DNA of 64,000 bases from Candidatus Latescibacterota bacterium (GTDB taxonomy: Bacteria; Latescibacterota; UBA2968; UBA8231): contig OZ241889.1 in the NCBI GenBank assembly GCA_965203355.1, positions 1,984,001 through 2,048,000 on the forward strand, in the 5' to 3' direction. Positions 25,188 to 34,405 of the stretch are shown here, piece after piece. Made by a program: the position numbers and the translations under genes. Every line of letters starts with the position of its first letter. Positions within the stretch are counted from its first letter, which is position 1. Under the pieces are notes generated by a model that saw only the letters and a program-made list of their open reading frames with translations, was not told the origin of the DNA and did no database searches.

Positions 25188-28100
25188 ATGCCTGAAGTCA
25201 GTACTCTATTTCAAGCAAAAGAAGACAAGAAAAAGATCAATATCCGTCCCACGCTTTTGATTGGTTTGGGCGGCACGGGAAAGGAAGTACTGCGGCGACT
25301 GCGGCGGATGTTCTACGAGAAGTACAGAGTCGTGGGTTTACCCGTCATGGAGTACCTATGGTTCGATACTGATATCCGCAATGAGTCTCTGAGTGGGGAG
25401 GCTCCAGACGAGTTAGACAAACGCATTGACCTTGCTACTTCACAGAAGATTGATGGGCGGATTCAGCCTGAGGAGTTGGCTGGATACCGACGTAACAAGA
25501 ATGCCTATCCGCATATATGGGAATGGTTGCCCAGCCAACTAGACGCGCTACCCGACAATGCCATCACACAAGGGGCCGGGCAGATCCGTTCCTTCGGACG
25601 GTTGGCTTTCTTCCACCATTATGCAAAAATTCGCAACGCCATCAGCACATTGGGGGAAAATGTCCGTGCCGGAGAGGCCGTCGAGGCCATGAACCGCCAT
25701 TACCCTGATTATGAGGTGGATACTACCACCTTGGAGATCATTACTGTGTCTTCCCTCGGTGGTGGAACGGGGTCTGGTTGCTTTATCGACATCGGATTTC
25801 TATGTCGTTCTTTGTTCTCGGCTTCTACGCGCACGACTTTTCTTGCCATGCCCACGGTTTTCGACGGGGTGGTGGGTCCCACAGGGGTAGAGGCCGTCCA
25901 TGCCAACGGCTTCGCCGCGCTCAAGGAACTCGAGTACTTCATGCAGCCCCGGTTCAACACAGACGAGGAGACAAGTGAGTACTCTACTCACCGATTTAAT
26001 TGGGATGGAACTACACAGGACGTGCCAGCTCCGCCTTTTTCTACGGTCTATATGCTCGACAAGAAGAATAGGGCTGGAGAACACATTGATGAATTCACCG
26101 ATACATTCCAGATGATTGCTGAGTTTCTGCTGCTGGATTTCGACAAGACCGGATTCGCTACTCAAAAGCGCAGCGTACGTTCCAATATGGAGCAGTACCT
26201 ACAGAACGTGACCACCTTCCGCAGCGGAGAATATGTCCAGTATTTTCCATGCCGATACGCATCTTTTGGACTCTCCCAGATTGAATTGAATCAGCCTCGT
26301 CTGGCCAATGCGGCTGCCAACCGTTGTGCTCAGTATCTGGTAGAACTCATCATAGCCAAGGACAACAGAATCCCCCAAGGTTATGATGATGCCGATGTCA
26401 AGCCCCGCATGGAGCAAATGGGCCTGACTAAGGAACTCTTTTTGCAACGCTGCCTGGTCAAGCCAGGAAAGGATTTCACCTTGATTGACGAGGTCGTCAA
26501 CGAGTTGATCGAACCGGAGTTTAATAAGTTGCGGGACGAGCTGTACGCGGCACCGGTAGTAGAGGACCAAAAGGTTTTGGAGCACCAAGTGGAACAAACG
26601 CGGCAGCAGGTGGATGAATTGGTCCGCCAAGTACGGGAACGAGTAGGGGAAAGACTGTTGCAGCAAGGGACCAGAAAGGGTGATGGTGTGACGCAGATTT
26701 TGGAAAATATCGGCGAGAACCGTCCTATGCTCGAAAAGCGAGTAGAGGATGAATGCCTGAGATTGCTGTGCGACCCCTTGGAGTTTGGCCCCAAATTCAT
26801 GGTTGAGTGGCTGAAGATCGCCGTCCCTGCACTGGAGCGAGTCAAAGAGGAATTGCAGGCCATGGAGAATCGGCACATAGAAGCTCCAGAGGCTCCGCCG
26901 ATCAAAATCGAATTTTCCGACGAGTACAATAAGTACGAGGCTCTCCTACGAGCGGCTCGGCAGGAGATGCCCTTTGCCTTCTTAACGAAACGCATTGCTA
27001 TCAACCATTACCAAGAACGCAAACGGAAGTCTTTTAATCAGAATGCCCAACTCATCACCCGTAATCTGGTGGAGCAGGTAGAGGCCGTCAGGGACCAACT
27101 CAAGCAATGGGTCACCGATCGCTATGAGCAGGAGGCAGCCCGCCGGCTGCTCAATCCCAATTCCGGGAGACATAAGCAGGAAAAGGGCCTGCTTGACAAT
27201 ATAATCGGTTTTGTTGGCCAACAGACCGAAGTCCGGGGTGCCGATGGCGAGCTTCAGGTGGAACTCAGTGGTTTGCTAGCCAAGGTGGAGAAGTTTCAAG
27301 AGCATCTTCAAGAGATGGCTAACCGCTTTAAGGGCTTCCATCGTTCTTATAGCAAACGGGAGTCTCGTGTTCGCAATCTTAATCTCATGCCTAAACTTAA
27401 CTACCGCGAGGAAATAGAGACGTACCTGCGCGAGAAAAAAGGACGGACAGGTGCCGGTTTCAATGAAGTTTTGCAAGGTGTTTTGGGGATGTATTTCCTC
27501 TCGGAAGAGGCCCAGTCGCTGTTTGCTGAATACGCTACTCGCGAAGGGAACGAGATCGATGCCATACGCGATTGTACCCGCATTATCTTCGATCGCTCTG
27601 CTAATAGGGATAATATATCTCGTGCTTGGGAAGAGGTAGAGGATTCATTGAGTAAGTTCGCGTTTGGCCTATTTAAGGAGTTCTATGCTGATAGAAACGC
27701 CGTTCAAGAGGTGCAAAACCAGAACTATAATGAGAAAGATGAGATCCAAAAAAGATCAAGGCTGGCCGAACCCCGGATGTCCGAGTCAACACCACGTTTC
27801 TTGGGTATGGATCCTCATATTCAGATAACAATAGGACATCCTCCAGGTGAAGACAGATGGGAAACGCTAATCAAACAAAACGTGCAAGACCCTCAACCGG
27901 AGAACCACGCTCCCGATTCGGTTATATTTGTTAGCCAATGGATGGCCTTTCCTTTATTCGCTATCGACAATTTGCGGCAACTACACGAAGCATATGAAAA
28001 AAACCTTATGACGCCACAAAATGTATACCGTCGGTATACGACCAAGGACTATATCAAATACCCGGAGATTCTACCGCCTAAAGACGACTACGAAGCGCGA

Positions 28101-28637
28101 AAGCTAGTGGATGCCTTACAGCCACTCATTGATGGTATCCTACTCGGGATAGTGATTTATGACGACGACCGAGGATTCTACCGAACCTACCGCGCACAGG
28201 GCCGAAGGCACGAAGACCATTACGGACTAGATCTCGAGGGGGCACGCCGGACTTTGGCCCGAGACCAGAATATACGAGATCGGCTGCGCCAAGAGGTACA
28301 AAACATTAAGGATAACTGGCAATTGAATGGCAATAACCTCGCTTTTAAGCAGTACTTGGCCCTCCGAAGCCATATAATGGATAAGGTGTATCCCTCTAAC
28401 AAAGTTATGATGCGCGGCGAGCGTGCGAAGGCGGATGGCTTATTCCACGACCTGCTCGGGAAGGCTTTCGAAGAGGCTTTCAAGGATGTGCGAGAGTGCT
28501 TGGGCATCAGTACCCGCGAGTTGGACGATCTTGTAGAGCAATACCTGAATGACAAAGATAATTTTGCCAAACGCCTGGACTATCGCGATCCGCACTGCAA
28601 AGACGCCATATATGTGATGACGGCTACCGATGTTTAG
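25188..28637 (+). CDS. Tubulin/FtsZ-like GTPase domain protein (Tubulin_2/FtsZl1-like) with long helical C-terminal extension
   Basis: LLIGLGGTG, GAGQIRSFGRLAF, SSLGGGTGSG (tubulin signature), ANGFAALKEL; about 750 aa helical/coiled-coil tail. ATG 25188 follows AAGGAG. Confidence 0.88.
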   Translation: MPEVSTLFQAKEDKKKINIRPTLLIGLGGTGKEVLRRLRRMFYEKYRVVGLPVMEYLWFDTDIRNESLSGEAPDELDKRIDLATSQKIDGRIQPEELAGYRRNKNAYPHIWEWLPSQLDALPDNAITQGAGQIRSFGRLAFFHHYAKIRNAISTLGENVRAGEAVEAMNRHYPDYEVDTTTLEIITVSSLGGGTGSGCFIDIGFLCRSLFSASTRTTFLAMPTVFDGVVGPTGVEAVHANGFAALKELEYFMQPRFNTDEETSEYSTHRFNWDGTTQDVPAPPFSTVYMLDKKNRAGEHIDEFTDTFQMIAEFLLLDFDKTGFATQKRSVRSNMEQYLQNVTTFRSGEYVQYFPCRYASFGLSQIELNQPRLANAAANRCAQYLVELIIAKDNRIPQGYDDADVKPRMEQMGLTKELFLQRCLVKPGKDFTLIDEVVNELIEPEFNKLRDELYAAPVVEDQKVLEHQVEQTRQQVDELVRQVRERVGERLLQQGTRKGDGVTQILENIGENRPMLEKRVEDECLRLLCDPLEFGPKFMVEWLKIAVPALERVKEELQAMENRHIEAPEAPPIKIEFSDEYNKYEALLRAARQEMPFAFLTKRIAINHYQERKRKSFNQNAQLITRNLVEQVEAVRDQLKQWVTDRYEQEAARRLLNPNSGRHKQEKGLLDNIIGFVGQQTEVRGADGELQVELSGLLAKVEKFQEHLQEMANRFKGFHRSYSKRESRVRNLNLMPKLNYREEIETYLREKKGRTGAGFNEVLQGVLGMYFLSEEAQSLFAEYATREGNEIDAIRDCTRIIFDRSANRDNISRAWEEVEDSLSKFAFGLFKEFYADRNAVQEVQNQNYNEKDEIQKRSRLAEPRMSESTPRFLGMDPHIQITIGHPPGEDRWETLIKQNVQDPQPENHAPDSVIFVSQWMAFPLFAIDNLRQLHEAYEKNLMTPQNVYRRYTTKDYIKYPEILPPKDDYEARKLVDALQPLIDGILLGIVIYDDDRGFYRTYRAQGRRHEDHYGLDLEGARRTLARDQNIRDRLRQEVQNIKDNWQLNGNNLAFKQYLALRSHIMDKVYPSNKVMMRGERAKADGLFHDLLGKAFEEAFKDVRECLGISTRELDDLVEQYLNDKDNFAKRLDYRDPHCKDAIYVMTATDV

Positions 28638-31600
28638 GGAAGTGAGTCAAGAGTGGGCCGACAAGGTGATGGGTGCTTGTCCTGTTTGTCAGTGGCCTTA
28701 TGGCAGTCGAATCATCTTTTGCAGCAGTTGCGGGATTCAACTTGCCCGTCTAAAGGTATCTCCCAAGCCCGGTGAGTCGTTGACGCTTTTCGCAGGCTTT
28801 CCAGTCATCATGCGGTTCGAGAATACCGGGAAAATACCGGTGAAACTGGAACGTCTCGACGGAGTGGAATGGGGAGAATGGGTTTCGGAAACGGATTGGC
28901 CAGTCTCCTTGGGGCCAGAGGAAAAAATAGAAATACGCCGGCAGCATACCGGGCGTCTCGGTCAACGGGGACGGTTGACCCTGCACTCCACGGTGCCACC
29001 GATCTTATTTTCTTACCGAGTCCAAAAAGCTCCCCGAATCTGGCTGACTGACGAGCAGGGGCGGGAGTTTGCCCAAGGTACTGATGGTGCCCAGTTGTGG
29101 CCGGTAAATCGGGAAGCCCAAAGGCACGATTTAGTCCTTCACACCACAAGCGAAGTGGTTTTGGAAAAGCCTCCCCGTCTGGCCAAGGGAAATCAGGTGG
29201 TGAGTATAATGCCGGTGGAAGAGGTAAGCTATCCTTTCCGCTTAGGGCCAGATAATTCCCTTTCGATAAGGCTTACCCAAGATCAGCCGCTGTCTGAAGA
29301 AGATCATTCAGTACATCTCGTTTTCCCAATCCAGAACATAGGTGATGTCGATTTTCATCTCAATCTAAAGCACAGTCTTCGGCCAGTGATCAAGGTGGAG
29401 TTCAATCCGCTGAGTTTCACCGGTGATAATGCACTTATCAGTGGAAGCCGAAAACAGAAGAATGTGAGTACTACCATTACGCACTTACGGGGCGCACCAC
29501 TACGCATAAATATCGTGACTAGCGATACGTCTTGGTTGCAGGTCGTCGACACGAAAGAGACCCCGATTACCCTGAACTCTCAGAATTCAACGGCGGGAAC
29601 CGATGAGAAAAGTATGCTGGATCTCCAGTTGCAAATAAAGACTATCGACATCCCCCGGGTAACAGAATCAAAGCATTTTAGACCCGAGATCATTGTCAAG
29701 GGGGAGGCTATAAGCGAGGAAGATTCGGCGTTCGAAGATAGGTATTCTCTCTCTGTCGAAGTAAGACCGCCCAAAAAGTTAGACTATCCTATTGGCATAG
29801 ATTTTGGGACGACCAATTCCTGCTTGGCCTATTATGATGAAGATGAAGAAATAATCTTGGCAAAACTCGAGCTGAGTGAATCTCGTGACGAAGTGCCGAC
29901 TGTTTTTCAGTTTCTGGCAATAAATGATAAAACGGAACGGTTGGAATTTTCCAAACCTCTGGCTCCTAATGAGCATCACTTGATGGCGACCGAGAACAAA
30001 GAAGCCATCATGCGCTTTGGGCGTCAGCCATTTCAGCAGATTAACGATCATTCTATGAGCAGTATCTGTTGGAATTTCAAATATGCTCTCAGTCAACCCA
30101 ACGATCGGAATATCTATATTTCTACCGGGATGTCGGAAGGTATCTTGATCAACGGACATCCCCCCATCAATAGGCGGGACATTAGTCTGACTCCGGTGGA
30201 CCAAGTAGCTATTTATCTTCGATTTATGGTAGAACACTTCATTGGAGAATCCAGGTATTTGCCTAGCGAGTGTGTGCTGACTTATCCGGCGGTATTCAAT
30301 CGCCAAAAACAGGCTCTGCAAGACGCCGCCGAAAAGGCCTTGCAGGATCGCGATATTAAGTTTCACTTGGCCATTAGTGAACCTGAAGCTGTTGCGGTGT
30401 ATTATGCGTGGAAGCAGCTTGAAGAAGAAGATGGTGATATAGGTGAGATCATTGGGGTATTCGACTGTGGTGGGGGAACGACCGATATGTCCATCGTCCG
30501 TTATACTGATGATGGCAATGGAGCGCAGATGGAGATTCTCGGTTCCGATGGCGACAACCAGCTGGGAGGAAACCTGCTGACATTTCACTTGGCTAAATAC
30601 TTCTACGAGCAACTCGTCCCTGAGCAGCACCGCAGTCGCTATCCCTTTGCAAAAGATCTACGTGATGGCTTACGGACACAAGATTCCATTGTGAAAAAGA
30701 ACTTTCTGTATCTTTATGATTTAGCTGAGGAGATCAAGAAAAACAGCAAGACCTATGAGAGATTCGATGAATGTTTTTCCCAAGCTCGCTACAAGGAACT
30801 GAACCAGACAAAAGATAAGGGGGTGCTGGACCTGCTAGACAGTGACAAAAAACTGAATTGGCCCAGGATTGAGTTGGTAGGCCGGGAAGAGGGCGATGAG
30901 TTTCTCGCGGGAGGATTAAAGCGCAGCATAAACGGCGAGAGCTTGCCAGAGGAACTTAGCTCTATGGATTATCAAGCTATTCGCTCTGTGCTCAGCGAAC
31001 AATTGAAACAGGGTTTCGAAAAACTAGCTATGATGCAGAAGGAGCTTTACGACCGAAAGATTATATCGGAGCGCAGGCTGGACCAGCTGATCTTGGCTGG
31101 TAATTCGTCTAAACTGCCGATTGTGAAAGAGGTCGCCCGGGAGATGATAGAAGCTAAAAAGTTCTCGGACTCTGCTCTTTCTTCAGAGGCGGGCTCCAAT
31201 GATGGCTTGAAGGCGAGCGTGGCTTCGGGAGCGACTATTTACAGCAGGTCTCAACGTGATCCAGAGTCCAGACTCCGAGTCCTTGGGATAAACAAGCTAA
31301 ATTATCCGATAGGTTCCCACAGTCCAATGCGAGGTTTCAGCCCCATTTTCGACCGTTGGATTTCCCTAAGTGAGGGGGAGGTACATTCCTATGCGAGCAA
31401 GGTTTTCTCCAAGGATCGACTTTCTCATATATTACTGTACGAATTTTTCGATTGGAACTATAAAAATCGGAAAGTAAAGCCACGTAAAGTAGCGGATATT
31501 CCCATGCCGGTAAAGGACGGAGCTTTTAACCAGGTCTCTTATTGGCAGTACAAGCTTGAGCTTCGAGGCGACAAAGACAATATCGGTCGGCTCTATTATA

Positions 31601-31689
31601 ATTTCGCGGCAGGACAGGAAGAGGATGGGAGTGATTTTGAAGAAGTCTATGATGAATACCTGGAGTGTGAGGATTTTAGTTATAGTTGA
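28630..31689 (+). CDS. Divergent Hsp70-family ATPase with N-terminal Zn-ribbon and Ig-like domains
   Basis: CPVC..FCSSCG; beta-rich ~330 aa region; GIDFGTTNS, ISEPEAVA, FDCGGGTTD, GDNQLGG, LAEEIK, LAGNSSKLP, VASGA. Confidence 0.85.
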   Translation: MFREVSQEWADKVMGACPVCQWPYGSRIIFCSSCGIQLARLKVSPKPGESLTLFAGFPVIMRFENTGKIPVKLERLDGVEWGEWVSETDWPVSLGPEEKIEIRRQHTGRLGQRGRLTLHSTVPPILFSYRVQKAPRIWLTDEQGREFAQGTDGAQLWPVNREAQRHDLVLHTTSEVVLEKPPRLAKGNQVVSIMPVEEVSYPFRLGPDNSLSIRLTQDQPLSEEDHSVHLVFPIQNIGDVDFHLNLKHSLRPVIKVEFNPLSFTGDNALISGSRKQKNVSTTITHLRGAPLRINIVTSDTSWLQVVDTKETPITLNSQNSTAGTDEKSMLDLQLQIKTIDIPRVTESKHFRPEIIVKGEAISEEDSAFEDRYSLSVEVRPPKKLDYPIGIDFGTTNSCLAYYDEDEEIILAKLELSESRDEVPTVFQFLAINDKTERLEFSKPLAPNEHHLMATENKEAIMRFGRQPFQQINDHSMSSICWNFKYALSQPNDRNIYISTGMSEGILINGHPPINRRDISLTPVDQVAIYLRFMVEHFIGESRYLPSECVLTYPAVFNRQKQALQDAAEKALQDRDIKFHLAISEPEAVAVYYAWKQLEEEDGDIGEIIGVFDCGGGTTDMSIVRYTDDGNGAQMEILGSDGDNQLGGNLLTFHLAKYFYEQLVPEQHRSRYPFAKDLRDGLRTQDSIVKKNFLYLYDLAEEIKKNSKTYERFDECFSQARYKELNQTKDKGVLDLLDSDKKLNWPRIELVGREEGDEFLAGGLKRSINGESLPEELSSMDYQAIRSVLSEQLKQGFEKLAMMQKELYDRKIISERRLDQLILAGNSSKLPIVKEVAREMIEAKKFSDSALSSEAGSNDGLKASVASGATIYSRSQRDPESRLRVLGINKLNYPIGSHSPMRGFSPIFDRWISLSEGEVHSYASKVFSKDRLSHILLYEFFDWNYKNRKVKPRKVADIPMPVKDGAFNQVSYWQYKLELRGDKDNIGRLYYNFAAGQEEDGSDFEEVYDEYLECEDFSYS

Positions 31690-31768
31690 ATGCTTTGTCG
31701 TAATGTATCTGAGTGAGTAATACATAGAAAGATAAAGACCTAAAAAAACGAAACCGAGTGAGATAGCT

Positions 31769-32704
31769 ATGGCAGAATTCCAAGAAAAAGTTGACGCCCT
31801 AGGCAACGAAACTGCCCACTGGGAAAAAGAGCTCCAAGCTCTGCAGGAAATAGTATCCAAGACAAAACAGATCCGTGAAGAACTACACAAAAGAGATCTC
31901 AGCGATCTTGGCTTCGCGCAGACCCTTGATATAGCCAAGTGCTTCGATGGAGTGGAAGAGACCGTTGTGAAGAGGATAGGCGGGTTCTTATATCATATGA
32001 GTGAGTTCAGAGACAAGCTGGAAAAGTTCCGCGGCGATATGGAGGCGTCCTTCGATGACTACGAAAAGATCTGCGAATCTATCCCTGTCAATACGAGATT
32101 TCAAGAGTTACAAAAACTAGAAGCCGATCTACAGAAGAGCCTAAAATCGTTCCAACAAGAAGTACAGGATACCTCTGAAAAATGGAGTAAAAAATACTCA
32201 GATATTACAGGTACCCGAGAGCGTTTTCGAGAAATATTCGACGAACTGTCCCTAGAAGCTAAAGAAAATATGCCATCGACACAGGATGCTGAGAACATTA
32301 ACCAGGACATCGAAAAGCTCAAAGAAGCAGTGAATAGATTGGAGTTGTCTTCTCCCGTGCAGGAGGAATCGGGCCTCAGAGGTCAACTGACGACGATTCA
32401 AAACAAGATGGACAATCTCAGTAGTCCGTGGGATTCTGAACTAATCGATTTAGTCAAACGGTTAGGTGAAAAAGAAAAATCACTAGAACAAAAACTGGCG
32501 AAATTGGAAAAATTTGTCCAAGAACGCGATCTCGAGTTGGTTTGGCCACAACGGGGAGACGAATATTCGCAAGAATATCACAAAATTTTAGATGAGCGAG
32601 AAGATGCTCAGATAGGCCGTGGTCAAGTAATTCAGCTAGTCGCTCCTGGATTACGCCGGGGGACTGACGTATTAATCAAGGCCGGGATTTGGCTGGCGAA
32701 ATGA
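31769..32704 (+). CDS. Long coiled-coil protein with GrpE-like C-terminal domain
   Basis: Heptad-rich N-terminal ~250 aa. C-terminus LELVWPQRGDEYSQEYHKI...GQVIQLVAPGLRRGTDVLIKAGIWLAK parallels the GrpE beta-domain pattern (G.PFDP..H....G.V..V...GY....LR.A.V.V). Confidence 0.7.
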   Translation: MAEFQEKVDALGNETAHWEKELQALQEIVSKTKQIREELHKRDLSDLGFAQTLDIAKCFDGVEETVVKRIGGFLYHMSEFRDKLEKFRGDMEASFDDYEKICESIPVNTRFQELQKLEADLQKSLKSFQQEVQDTSEKWSKKYSDITGTRERFREIFDELSLEAKENMPSTQDAENINQDIEKLKEAVNRLELSSPVQEESGLRGQLTTIQNKMDNLSSPWDSELIDLVKRLGEKEKSLEQKLAKLEKFVQERDLELVWPQRGDEYSQEYHKILDEREDAQIGRGQVIQLVAPGLRRGTDVLIKAGIWLAK

Positions 32705-32752
32705 GAAAAAGGGTAACTGAAACTTGCAACTACAGCAGAGAAATCCCCTCCC

Positions 32753-34384
32753 ATGAATTTAGACTTCTTAGCCCAGAACAGCGATCAGATTCGGGACTTT
32801 TTTGTCGTTTTCATTGTCTTGGTAGGTCTAGTCGCGCTTGTCCTATTTGTCCAAGGATACAGAAGAACGCAGACATATCGTCTCGGATTGGGTGCTGTGG
32901 AGATGTGGGAGAGGTGCAATCCAGATTTTAATATAGAAGAAAAGACCGACCAATCCCCTGAAGATATTATTAAGGAAGCCAAACATCCCTTGGCTGTCTC
33001 TTGGCTCGAACGTTTTAGAGCCTTATACCGGCAAAATAGGGCTCCAGATGTAGATAGTCTTGTCGGCTCTATCGAATACGAGCTTGCCCGGTACGACGAA
33101 GTATTCCGTTCGCTTACCAGCAGCCTCATTCTATTGGGCCTACTAGGCACATTTGTTGGATTGATAATCGTGGTCATACCTATCCCGGGTATTATCCAAG
33201 GGGCGCAAATCTCACCAACATTGAATCAAGAGGTAAAAATAGAGGATGTATTTAGTACCATTCTAGAAGGACTGGGGCAGTCAGTAGAAGGAATGCCACT
33301 GGCGTTCATTACCAGCATAATAGGGCTTTTCGCTACCTTAATCCTAAATGGCTTATACAGTCTTCTATTACTCCGCACTAGGAACATATTGTTGGCAGAC
33401 ATAGAAGAGTGTTTCAACGTGAAAATCGCCCATAGGTTTGCTGTAATTCCACCACAGCTACGTTTGAGTCACACCTTTACTCGAACAGTAAACGACCTAT
33501 ACGATAAGTACTTCACTGCTCTTTCCGAATACTTAGACAAAAGACTCAAGGAAATTGCCGAAAATAACGCCCGCTTGGTTGCACTTATAGAAGAGAGCGG
33601 CACGAAGCTCAAGGAGAGTAGCGAGGCCAGTCTGAAGAGCGCGGAGATTATTGATCAGCACAAGGATACGGTAGCTGCGGGGTCGGAAAAAATAATGAGA
33701 GCGGCTATAGAGTTTTCTCGACACATCGAGAACTTTGAGCGGCTAAGCTCGCCTCTGAATGCGCTCAAGATCAGCGTCGATACTATGCTCAGGGAGAGCG
33801 AGAGACTGATGGTCCGACAATTTCAAGCCTTTGATGAGCGGATGGACAAACAATCTAAGTCATTCGAGGCGCGAATGGAGACCCTAGGAGATGGCCTAGC
33901 CGAGACTCTGGATACGATAAGAGGATTGAACGACACAGATTATCGTCCCAATTTCGTGAACATCCAGAACCTGCTCATAGCGGTCCGGCAGAGCCAAGAT
34001 GCCTTCCTCGAATTTCAGAGGAAGACGCTCAACGAGCAAGGCGAAGTGTTTGAAGGAGTCAAGAAAACCCTACAAGATGAGTTGGAAAGGTTTCGCCAAG
34101 ATCTGAATGGCTCGAACAAGGAGATAAAGTCGTTGCAGAACCAGCTAGGCCAAGTGGTAGGAGCCATCAATCAAGGATTCGAAAAAACTGGGGAGGAACT
34201 CCAAGTACTGAAAGCTATCGATTTGATGGTCCAGCAGCTCGAAGACATGAATACGACGGCGCAAGCTATAGAAACTCAGTTTGATGGTATAGCGAAATCG
34301 CCGCAAGGTATTACCGTAATATCTCGAAGAAAATGGGGTTGGAGTGGTATCCGCCGATTATTCAAGAAAAATAGCAAGAAATAG
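32753..34384 (+). CDS. MotA/TolQ/ExbB-family proton channel with long coiled-coil tail (ZorA-like)
   Basis: TM1, ~90-aa cytoplasmic loop, LILLGLLGTFVGL, GMPLAFITSIIGL, then about 330 aa helical tail. Confidence 0.8.
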   Translation: MNLDFLAQNSDQIRDFFVVFIVLVGLVALVLFVQGYRRTQTYRLGLGAVEMWERCNPDFNIEEKTDQSPEDIIKEAKHPLAVSWLERFRALYRQNRAPDVDSLVGSIEYELARYDEVFRSLTSSLILLGLLGTFVGLIIVVIPIPGIIQGAQISPTLNQEVKIEDVFSTILEGLGQSVEGMPLAFITSIIGLFATLILNGLYSLLLLRTRNILLADIEECFNVKIAHRFAVIPPQLRLSHTFTRTVNDLYDKYFTALSEYLDKRLKEIAENNARLVALIEESGTKLKESSEASLKSAEIIDQHKDTVAAGSEKIMRAAIEFSRHIENFERLSSPLNALKISVDTMLRESERLMVRQFQAFDERMDKQSKSFEARMETLGDGLAETLDTIRGLNDTDYRPNFVNIQNLLIAVRQSQDAFLEFQRKTLNEQGEVFEGVKKTLQDELERFRQDLNGSNKEIKSLQNQLGQVVGAINQGFEKTGEELQVLKAIDLMVQQLEDMNTTAQAIETQFDGIAKSPQGITVISRRKWGWSGIRRLFKKNSKK

Positions 34385-34405
34385 CTAGAGCCATCGGCTG
34401 GATGC

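Noticed and set aside
25188-28637. Cell-division ftsZ
   Set aside because: About three times too long, lacks FtsZ C-terminal features, and there is no dcw cluster context.
28630-32704. Housekeeping dnaK-grpE operon
   Set aside because: Highly divergent, extra N-terminal domains, no dnaJ/hrcA or CIRCE seen, and it lies in a low-GC accessory block.
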